NCBI GenBank assembly: GCA_964415095.1
Contig: CAYPYR010000005.1
Coordinates: 1 to 32,654 of the forward strand
Direction: 5' to 3'
DNA: 32,654 nucleotides
Source: an uncultured Pseudomonadota bacterium
GTDB taxonomy: Bacteria > Babelota > Babeliae > Babelales > UBA12411
Shown here: in pieces, positions 1 through 6,539 of the stretch
Numbering within the stretch: the first letter of the stretch is position 1
How the letters are laid out: each line of letters begins with the position of its first letter
Position numbers and translations under genes: made by a program
Notes under the pieces: model-generated
What the model was told of the DNA's origin: nothing
Seen by the model: the letters and a program-made list of their open reading frames with translations, nothing else
The model's database searches: none

Positions 1-610
1 GACGGACTTTCTCAAGCTCGCGCATTAAATTAACTTTAGTTTGCAATCGACCAGCAGTGTCGATAATAAGATGATCATAGCCTTCTTTCTCGAACATATC
101 ACATGCATCAAATACTAATGATGCAGGATCTTGATCAGGTTTGCCCACTAGCACACGAGCACCAATTTTTTCGCCCCAAGCAACCAACTGCTCAGTAGCC
201 GCGGCACGGAAAGTGTCAGCGGCAACCAATAAAACCTTTTTTCGCTCGTTAACGAATTGTTGTGCAAGTTTTGCACACGTAGTAGTTTTGCCACTGCCAT
301 TGATACCAACCATCAATAAAACGCGTGGACTACCGTTGTGAGCCGGATGTGCCGCAAGAATGGCGAGTAGTTGCTCTTCAAGCAGGCGTTTGATGTCATC
401 GCCTGATGAAATTTTTTGCTGCCTTATTTGTTCACGCACATGGGCCATTATATGTTTCGTGGTGGCAACCCCAACATCAGCGCCAAGCAGAAGTACTTCA
501 AGTTCACGCAAAAATTCTTCGTCTATTGTAGTGCGTGAAAAGAGTGATGCAGCTTTGGTAGTAAAAGTTGTGTAAATTTTTTTGATTTTTTCTTTAATAA
601 AATTAAACAT
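1..610 (-). CDS. ftsY: Signal recognition particle receptor FtsY (C-terminus cut by window edge)
   Basis: The ORF is open to the left edge, so it is absent from the ORF track. My reverse-strand translation from the ATG (rc of 608-610) reads MFNFIKEKIKKIYTTF...MVGINGSGKTTTCAKLA...LVAADTFRAAATEQL...IIDTAGRLQTK. These are the SRP-family GTPase G motifs. The N-terminus is short with no long acidic A-domain. Confidence 0.9.
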   Translation of the reverse strand, partial: MFNFIKEKIKKIYTTFTTKAASLFSRTTIDEEFLRELEVLLLGADVGVATTKHIMAHVREQIRQQKISSGDDIKRLLEEQLLAILAAHPAHNGSPRVLLMVGINGSGKTTTCAKLAQQFVNERKKVLLVAADTFRAAATEQLVAWGEKIGARVLVGKPDQDPASLVFDACDMFEKEGYDHLIIDTAGRLQTKVNLMRELEKVR

Positions 611-618
611 GAATGTTC

Positions 619-1227
619 CTATAAAAGAGATTCAACGCGACCCAAAAATAATTTGAGTCTTCGATAATCATTGCCGCCAAGTAACGTAAATGTTTCGCAA
701 AATTTTTCAAGATGGTTGGTGCTGAGCAATTCTACTGTAGCAAGGTTGCGTAAAAGCGCAAGAAGCAGCTCATCGAGGTTTGGGATTTCTGCCGCGAATG
801 AAAAAAGAAGATACATGTAGTGTGGACTTGCAAAAATAATTTTGAGATCTTCAGTAGTCGCTTTGCCCACAAACGCGTGTATTTTGCACGGCTTTGGCGG
901 TACGACATAATAGATTTTTTCCATTATAGGGGTAGCTTTTTTGTATCCAATGATATTTACCTGAAAAATGGTTTTTAAAAATTCAAAAATTTGTGGCTGC
1001 TCTGCCATCAGTTCTTCTTCAGTTTTTTGATAGGGGAATGGATAACGTAATGGATCCCCAGATCCGGTTTCAATGCCACTCACTACACCATAAACGATTT
1101 GATTATCATGAGTAACTTTTACAATAGATCCAAAATCCGGGTAGCAATTCCATTCCCAGGATTGTGCTTTAAATTGATGCAAGGAGCTTTCTATGACTTC
1201 GGCAAATGCCTGATCTTTATGTATCAT
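619..1227 (-). CDS. Hypothetical protein, 202 aa, family not recognised
   Basis: A long ORF packed on the same strand between the rnhB stop (1260) and the ftsY start (610), with gaps of 32 nt and 8 nt. A GGTGA-like RBS lies just upstream of the ATG at 1227. I can name no catalytic or binding motif. Confidence 0.6.
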   Translation of the reverse strand: MIHKDQAFAEVIESSLHQFKAQSWEWNCYPDFGSIVKVTHDNQIVYGVVSGIETGSGDPLRYPFPYQKTEEELMAEQPQIFEFLKTIFQVNIIGYKKATPIMEKIYYVVPPKPCKIHAFVGKATTEDLKIIFASPHYMYLLFSFAAEIPNLDELLLALLRNLATVELLSTNHLEKFCETFTLLGGNDYRRLKLFLGRVESLL

Positions 1228-1259
1228 GATGTCACCATCTTTTATTTTTTTTAACGTTC

Positions 1260-2024
1260 TTACAGATCATGAGTGGATTGTTCAGGGATCGAATTTTCTA
1301 TCAATAATACCGCAGACTCATCGAAAAGTGAGCTTTGCGATAACGTACTAGTTATGAACTTTCTAAGAAAACGTTCACGATGGATGAATGACTTCCCGTG
1401 TGCTCTCAGTGCTTCTTGATGAGTAGGGGTAGCATATCCTTTATGCCGCTCAAATCCAAAATTGGGAAATGAAGATGCCATGCGGCACATAAGTTCATCG
1501 CGCGTGACCTTGGCAATAATAGATGCTGCCGCGATCGATTTTGAATAGGTTTCACCAAAGGGAAAATGGTAGATCTCGAGCATTTCATGATGCATATGAG
1601 GTGAAAAAGTAAGTGGCATGGCATCCACGAGTAAATATTTAAGTTTAGTAGGGTTATGAGGAAATTGGGTATATACGTTGAGAAATGCCCGTTTCATACA
1701 ACGCATGGTAGCTTGATAGATATTATAACGGTCAATAATCCTATGATTGACTATGGCCGTTGCAACTATGGCATTTTTTCTAATCCAACGTGCTGCGGTA
1801 ACTCGTTCTTCAGGAGAGAGCTCTTTAGAGTCTTTAAGCAGGCGATAGGTGGTATTAATAGGTAGAATAACGGCTGAAACTACTACTGGCCCGGCTAGGC
1901 ATCCCCGGCCAACCTCATCGATGCCACAGGCAAATTCCCCTGCCTCCCAAGCCTGTTTTTCATATTGATGCTTGAGTATTTTGGGGCGCTTGGAGGTCGT
2001 TTTACAGGGAAAACTTGTTTTCAT
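1260..2024 (-). CDS. rnhB: Ribonuclease HII
   Basis: Contains GIDEVGRGCLAGPVVVSAV, the RNase HII active-site motif, plus DSKELSPEER. I trimmed the track ORF (start 2147) to the internal Met MKTSFPC at 2024. The 41-codon extension is AT-rich, low-complexity sequence that runs into the divergent promoter region. Confidence 0.88.
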   Translation of the reverse strand: MKTSFPCKTTSKRPKILKHQYEKQAWEAGEFACGIDEVGRGCLAGPVVVSAVILPINTTYRLLKDSKELSPEERVTAARWIRKNAIVATAIVNHRIIDRYNIYQATMRCMKRAFLNVYTQFPHNPTKLKYLLVDAMPLTFSPHMHHEMLEIYHFPFGETYSKSIAAASIIAKVTRDELMCRMASSFPNFGFERHKGYATPTHQEALRAHGKSFIHRERFLRKFITSTLSQSSLFDESAVLLIENSIPEQSTHDL

Positions 2025-2137
2025 ATAGTAATTATGCTGGTTTTCTATTTGACATGCTCGTATTTTTTGGCAAACTAATAGTATGCGATTATAGCATGAA
2101 TTATTTTTTTTGTAATTATATCTCAGAGGAGCATAGT

Positions 2138-2809
2138 ATGTCATCAACGGGACTACGTGTTAAAGAATTATTACGTGAACGCAATTGGACAACCAAGGTT
2201 CTCGCAGAGAAAACAGGTATGTCTGAAAGCTATCTCACTCATATTAAAAATGGCACGCGTCGTTGGAATGAAGACGCTTTAAAGAAATTGGCAAAAGCAT
2301 TTGAAGTGCACCCAATCGATCTTTTTGCACAACGCAAAAATCGCACTGATAATGTAGATGAAGCGGTGGAAATGCCAGAACAAGCCCAAGTTGAGTTGCA
2401 ACTGCGCGTTGTACCAGTATTGGGAGACATTCCATCAAATCCATCACCATATAATAATCAAATTACTCAAGTGACTACCGGTTATAAAGATGTCTTTGTA
2501 CCAGTATTTAATAGTAAAGATGATTGCATGTTCTGCCTATGCATCGAGACCAATAATATGGCACCTAATTTTGTAAAAGGTGACTATCTTATTATTTCTC
2601 CTGAAGCATGGACCAGATCCGGTGATATTGCTGCGGTAGAATTTGGCAACGACACTCCGCAAAAAGCAATTATGCAAGTAACCTATATGGATGATTTTGT
2701 AGTGCTTGAGTCAGTTAATCACAAGCAATCACCGATTGCGCTGATTCGTGGTAAGGATCATTTCCGTATTATCGGAAAAGTAATCCATCGCTACCAAAAA
2801 TTAGGTTGA
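2138..2809 (+). CDS. XRE-family HTH regulator with C-terminal LexA/S24-peptidase-like domain (catalytic Ser apparently substituted), paralog 1
   Basis: Start MSSTGLRVKELL at 2138 is preceded by the AGAGGA RBS (2125-2130). The HTH segment is WTTKVLAEKTGMSESYLTHIKNG. The C-terminal segment VPVLGDIP...CIETNNMAPNFVKGDYLIISP...IIGKVIHRY follows the LexA C-terminal-domain layout. Confidence 0.8.
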   Translation: MSSTGLRVKELLRERNWTTKVLAEKTGMSESYLTHIKNGTRRWNEDALKKLAKAFEVHPIDLFAQRKNRTDNVDEAVEMPEQAQVELQLRVVPVLGDIPSNPSPYNNQITQVTTGYKDVFVPVFNSKDDCMFCLCIETNNMAPNFVKGDYLIISPEAWTRSGDIAAVEFGNDTPQKAIMQVTYMDDFVVLESVNHKQSPIALIRGKDHFRIIGKVIHRYQKLG

Positions 2810-2820
2810 TAATAAATAGC

Positions 2821-2848
2821 AATCGAACAGGCATAAACCTGTTCGATT
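2821..2848 (+). terminator. Hairpin between the two regulator paralogs (possible weak terminator or attenuator)
   Basis: Perfect 11-bp stem aatcgaacagg / cctgttcgatt with the 6-nt loop cataaa. The T-run (ttttt) begins only 8 nt downstream, so it is not a textbook intrinsic terminator. Confidence 0.4.
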
Positions 2849-2869
2849 GCATCATGTTTTTAGGGACAA

Positions 2870-2878
2870 TGTTATAAA
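2870..2878 (+). promoter_or_regulatory. Extended -10 element (TGtTATAAA) upstream of regulator paralog 2
   Basis: tgttataaa at 2870-2878 matches TGnTATAAT at 8 of 9 positions and lies about 25 nt upstream of the GGAGGTGGG RBS. Confidence 0.35.
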
Positions 2879-2902
2879 ATGGACACATTTGGAGGTGGGC
2901 AC

Positions 2903-3547
2903 ATGATATCAACAGAATTACGTATTAAGGAATTATTACGTCGTCGTCGTTGGACGACTAAAGTACTCGCTGAAAAAACGGGACTTTCAGAGAGTTATTT
3001 AACGCATATAAAAAACGGTACACGTCGTTGGAATCAGGATTCATTAAAAAAGCTTGCTGATGCATTTGAAATGCCACCGTATGAACTTTTTACTCATAGA
3101 AAAGCTCAAAAAGAATCTAAAGAAAATGCGGTTACCCAAGAATTAGTTGGTAATTATACCTTGCAACAAGTTCCGGTAATTGATCATATTCCTAAGGATC
3201 CCTTCGGGCCAGAACGACGCAATGCACAATCTTATGTGCCGGTCTTTAATAGTGAAGATGAGGCGTTGTTTTGTTATAGAGTATCAGAAGATACTTATGC
3301 ACCCGTATTTGAGAAAAACGATTTATTAATTATTTCTCCCTATGGCTGGACACGATCTGGTGATATAGCTGCGGTTGAATGGATGGTCGGTACCGAAATG
3401 TGCCGCGATATCAAACGTATAACCTATATGGATGAATTTATCGTGCTTAACGCGGTAAACCATAAAGGAACACCAATAGCCTTGGTTCGGGGTAAGGATC
3501 ATTTCCAAGTTATTGGAAAAGTGGTCTATCGTTACCAGAATTTTTAA
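2903..3547 (+). CDS. XRE-family HTH regulator with C-terminal LexA/S24-peptidase-like domain (catalytic Ser apparently substituted), paralog 2
   Basis: Start MISTELRIKELL at 2903 is preceded by GGAGGTGGG (2891-2899). The HTH segment WTTKVLAEKTGLSESYLTHIKNG is nearly identical to paralog 1. The C-terminus is VSEDTYAPVFEKNDLLIISP...DIKRITYMDEFIVL...VIGKVVYRY. Confidence 0.8.
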   Translation: MISTELRIKELLRRRRWTTKVLAEKTGLSESYLTHIKNGTRRWNQDSLKKLADAFEMPPYELFTHRKAQKESKENAVTQELVGNYTLQQVPVIDHIPKDPFGPERRNAQSYVPVFNSEDEALFCYRVSEDTYAPVFEKNDLLIISPYGWTRSGDIAAVEWMVGTEMCRDIKRITYMDEFIVLNAVNHKGTPIALVRGKDHFQVIGKVVYRYQNF

Positions 3548-3564
3548 AAAATAGTGGATTTAAC

Positions 3565-3610
3565 GGTAAAATTACCATAGAGATCTTTTGATTTTTGTGG
3601 TAATATTACC
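3565..3610. repeat. Two related 12-bp palindromes GGTAAAATTACC (3565-3576) and GGTAATATTACC (3599-3610)
   Basis: Read directly from the sequence. Centre-to-centre spacing is 34 bp. They lie between the stop of regulator paralog 2 and the hairpin at 3615. They could be protein-binding sites or could pair with each other in RNA (11 of 12 positions). Confidence 0.5.
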
Positions 3611-3614
3611 TTTG

Positions 3615-3642
3615 ATACGCAATGTATGCGTATTATTTTTTT
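3615..3642 (+). terminator. Intrinsic terminator after regulator paralog 2
   Basis: 7-bp stem atacgca / tgcgtat, a 5-nt loop, then tattttttt. Confidence 0.5.
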
Positions 3643-3703
3643 ATATATTGGTACCATTAACCGTATAAATATTAACGGTTATCTCTTTAGGAGAACCATT
3701 CTT

Positions 3704-4147
3704 ATGATGAGTTACGAAGTGCTCATGCTGGTGCGTCCTGACATTACCAGTGATGAGTTTTCTACCCTAGAAAAACAATTCGACCATATTATTTCCGCGA
3801 CAAACGGTAAAATACAGTCTTTTGATCGTTGGGGTAAATACCGTCTTGCATATCCAGTTCGTAAAAATAATTACGGTGTGTATGTATTAGTTCGTTTTGA
3901 ACTTATGCCAAGTGACATTGCTCATGCAATGCGTGAACTTCAATTGTTCTTCCGTATCAAATTCAGTGATATTGTAATGCGTTATGTTTCAAAACGCTTA
4001 CCAAGCGGGGTAGAGCATACCTATAAGAAGCCTGAATCAATTGATATGGGAACTGAAAGCAGACTTGATCCATCATTGAAAAATTTTGCTGAAACCCTTT
4101 TGAACGAAGCAGATAATGGATCATTTGAAGGTCTCACTGAAAACTAA
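3704..4147 (+). CDS. rpsF: 30S ribosomal protein S6
   Basis: MMSYEVLMLVRPDI...DRWGKYRLAYPV...YVLVRFE is a typical S6 sequence. The TAGGAGA RBS is at 3688-3694. The track ORF start (3626) is trimmed. Confidence 0.92.
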   Translation: MMSYEVLMLVRPDITSDEFSTLEKQFDHIISATNGKIQSFDRWGKYRLAYPVRKNNYGVYVLVRFELMPSDIAHAMRELQLFFRIKFSDIVMRYVSKRLPSGVEHTYKKPESIDMGTESRLDPSLKNFAETLLNEADNGSFEGLTEN

Positions 4148-4168
4148 CGAGCATAAAGGACTTTTACC

Positions 4169-4456
4169 ATGGCAAAAAAATTCAAAATAAAAGTTAGCCA
4201 ACGTCTTATTAAGAAAAAAGTACGTAAGCAATCCTATCTTACGCCAAAAGCTTGCCGCTTTTGTGTAAATAAAGACTTAGAGCAAAGCATTGATTATAAG
4301 AATGCAGAGCTGCTCAGAGCATTCATGACAGAACGAGCAAAGATTCTTCCATCACGCGTTTCAGGAAATTGCTATTTCCATCAACGAGCGTTGTCTTGTG
4401 AAATTAAAGTTGCGCGCTCGATGGCATTATTGCCATTCTGCCCAATGCATCATTAA
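4169..4456 (+). CDS. rpsR: 30S ribosomal protein S18
   Basis: CRFCVNK...[33 protein letters not shown]...[11 protein letters not shown] is the S18 signature region. Confidence 0.92.
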   Translation: MAKKFKIKVSQRLIKKKVRKQSYLTPKACRFCVNKDLEQSIDYKNAELLRAFMTERAKILPSRVSGNCYFHQRALSCEIKVARSMALLPFCPMHH

Positions 4457-4480
4457 GCTTTTGTAGTTATTGATGAATAA

Positions 4481-4520
4481 AGAAAATGGCCTATCAAGAT
4501 GTTAGGTCATTTTCTTTTTA
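4481..4520 (+). terminator. Intrinsic terminator after rpsR
   Basis: 12-bp stem agaaaatggcct / aggtcattttct with one G-U pair, an 11-nt loop, then tttt. Confidence 0.65.
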
Positions 4521-4661
4521 TATAAGACTCATCTTGTGATCTTCACAAACTGAAATACTTGCGATATACTAGAGTATATGCTGAATCTCAAAGTATATAA
4601 CTATATTAATTACGTGCATTACCGAAGGGTGTTGCTATAAAGGGCAGCACGATAGATTATT

Positions 4662-6473
4662 ATGACTATAAAAAAACGATCAAATATACGAAATATTGCC
4701 ATTGTGGCTCACGTGGATCATGGAAAAACAACCTTGGTCGACGCATTGCTCAAGCAATCTGGAACACTTTCAGATATGCAAACTGACCGTGTTATGGATT
4801 CAGGAGACATTGAGCGTGAACGTGGTATCACCATTTTAGCAAAAAATACTGCCGTTCTGTTGCCACAAGGTAAAATAAATATTGTTGATACTCCTGGTCA
4901 CATGGACTTTGGTGGAGAAGTAGAACGTACCTTGCAAATGGTTGAAGGCTTCTTGTTATTAGTTGATGCTGCCGAAGGCCCATTGCCAGGAACACGTTTT
5001 GTACTTCAAAAAGCATTGCAACTTGGTCTCAAGCCAATGGTGCTTATTAATAAAGTTGATCGTAAAGATGCCGATGTGGAACGCACAGAAGGAATGGTTC
5101 AAGATCTTTTCCTTGAGCTTGCCGATGATGCATCTCAACTTGATTTTCCAATATTATATGGCGCTGCTCGTAATGGGTATGTATCATTTGATCGTGAAGC
5201 ACGATCAGGTACTATGCAACCATTGTTTGATGCTATCTGGGAATATATTCCTGAGCCAAAACAAACCATGGATTGTTTGCAATTACTCGTAACCAATCTT
5301 GATTATTCAGATTATCTTGGTCGAATTGCTATTGGTCGTATTATTAACGGCTCGATTACCACTGGCAGCATGGTTATTGCTTGCAAAGGTGACGCCCTGC
5401 CAAAACAGATGCGCGTTATAAAATTGTATCAATTCGTTGGGCTTTCTCGCGTAGAAGCACAAACCGCAGAGTTTGGTGATATTGTTGCAATTGCCGGCGT
5501 AGAAGATGATGTTTCAATTGGTAGTACGATTTGCGAAGTTGATAAACCAGCACCGCTTTCATATGTGGCTATTGATGAACCAACGCTGAGCATGTATATT
5601 TCCGTTAATGATTCTCCATTTTATGGTCGTGAGGGTAAATTATTAACGTCACGTCATATTCGGGATCGTTTATTTAAAGAATTAAAAACTAACGTTGCAT
5701 TACGTGTTGCAGATACCGATTCTCCTGAAACATTTAAAGTTTCTGGTCGAGGACAGTTGCATCTTGGCATTTTAGTTGAAACGATGCGTCGTGAAGGCTA
5801 TGAACTTGCACTTTCAAAACCAGAAGTTATTTTTAAAGAAATCAATGGTACACGGCATGAACCAATAGAATTGCTTACGCTTGATATCAATGAAGAGCAT
5901 CAAGGTACCATCATGGAATTGCTTGGCAGACGTAAAGCAATCATGGAAAATGTAACGCATTATGGTGAAAATAAAATTCGCATCGATTTTCGTATTCCAG
6001 CACGTGGACTTCTTGGATTTAGATCCTTGTTCTTAACAGAAACACGTGGTACCGGTCTTATGAGCCATCGCTTCCTTTCGTATGAACCATATATGGGTGA
6101 TATTCCAAGTCGTATAAAAGGTTCACTTGTTTCTATGGATACGGGTGATACCACTGCCTATACACTTGATATGTTACAAGAGCGTGGCGTACTTTTTGTT
6201 GGTCACGGTGTTGAAGTCTATGAAGGCATGATCATTGGTGAACATTCACGAGAAAATGATCTTGAAGTGAATCCAACCAAAAAGAAAAAACTTACGAACA
6301 TGCGTGCTTCTGGAACAGATGAAGCAGCGGTATTGATTCCTCCTCGTATCATGACCCTTGAGGCATGTATGGATTGGATTAATGATGATGAACTTATTGA
6401 AGTAACTCCTCAAACCGTTCGTCTTCGTAAGCGCTATTTAAAACCAAATGATCGTAAGAGATTTGGTAGATAA
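4662..6473 (+). CDS. typA: Translational GTPase TypA/BipA
   Basis: IRNIAIVAHVDHGKTTLVDALLKQSG, DTPGHMDFGGEVER and NKVDR are the G motifs. The 603-aa length and C-terminal domain layout are typical of BipA. Confidence 0.95.
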   Translation: MTIKKRSNIRNIAIVAHVDHGKTTLVDALLKQSGTLSDMQTDRVMDSGDIERERGITILAKNTAVLLPQGKINIVDTPGHMDFGGEVERTLQMVEGFLLLVDAAEGPLPGTRFVLQKALQLGLKPMVLINKVDRKDADVERTEGMVQDLFLELADDASQLDFPILYGAARNGYVSFDREARSGTMQPLFDAIWEYIPEPKQTMDCLQLLVTNLDYSDYLGRIAIGRIINGSITTGSMVIACKGDALPKQMRVIKLYQFVGLSRVEAQTAEFGDIVAIAGVEDDVSIGSTICEVDKPAPLSYVAIDEPTLSMYISVNDSPFYGREGKLLTSRHIRDRLFKELKTNVALRVADTDSPETFKVSGRGQLHLGILVETMRREGYELALSKPEVIFKEINGTRHEPIELLTLDINEEHQGTIMELLGRRKAIMENVTHYGENKIRIDFRIPARGLLGFRSLFLTETRGTGLMSHRFLSYEPYMGDIPSRIKGSLVSMDTGDTTAYTLDMLQERGVLFVGHGVEVYEGMIIGEHSRENDLEVNPTKKKKLTNMRASGTDEAAVLIPPRIMTLEACMDWINDDELIEVTPQTVRLRKRYLKPNDRKRFGR

Positions 6474-6481
6474 AAACTTAC

Positions 6482-6530
6482 TTACAAAAGAAAAGGCGCG
6501 ATCTAAAAAATCGCGCCTTTTCTTTTGTAA
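6482..6530. terminator. Bidirectional intrinsic terminator between convergent typA and the NhaC-family gene
   Basis: Perfect 21-bp inverted repeat ttacaaaagaaaaggcgcgat (6482-6502) / atcgcgccttttcttttgtaa (6510-6530) with a 7-nt loop. It has a GC-rich core and A/T runs on both sides. Confidence 0.8.
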
Positions 6531-6539
6531 AATTTTTCA

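Noticed and set aside
141-575. Track ORFs 141-341 (+) and 360-575 (+) at the left edge
   Set aside because: They are antisense to a reading frame that encodes an unmistakable FtsY GTPase (GSGKTTT, DTAGR motifs). Their own translations are low-complexity Ser/Ala/Thr-rich with no start context.
2025-2147. N-terminal extensions of rnhB (to 2147) and of regulator paralog 1 (from 2015), which would overlap each other
   Set aside because: The extensions are AT-rich junk sequence with no homology logic. Internal Mets with good RBS (AGAGGA for 2138) or conserved N-termini give normal-length proteins and leave a divergent promoter region.
2138-3547. Calling either HTH/S24-like gene lexA (SOS repressor)
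   Set aside because: The DNA-binding domain is XRE-type rather than the LexA winged helix. In addition, the Ala-Gly site and catalytic Ser appear absent, so only the architecture is LexA-like.
4457-4661. Possible ncRNA or riboswitch in the 205-bp rpsR-typA spacer
   Set aside because: Apart from the rpsR terminator and a small imperfect hairpin (gtgttgc...gcagcac, 4629-4650) before the typA start, I could not match any known riboswitch or SRP/tmRNA/RNase P core. I am leaving it as a plain promoter/leader region.
4963-5292. 109-aa + strand ORF inside typA, plus similar internal or antisense track ORFs (for example 1406-1624, 8649-8927, 12456-13247, 16476-17158, 24293-24539, 29854-30153)
   Set aside because: All are embedded in, or antisense to, genes with strong family motifs. 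They lack RBS context and have odd composition, which is typical of chance ORFs in AT-rich DNA.
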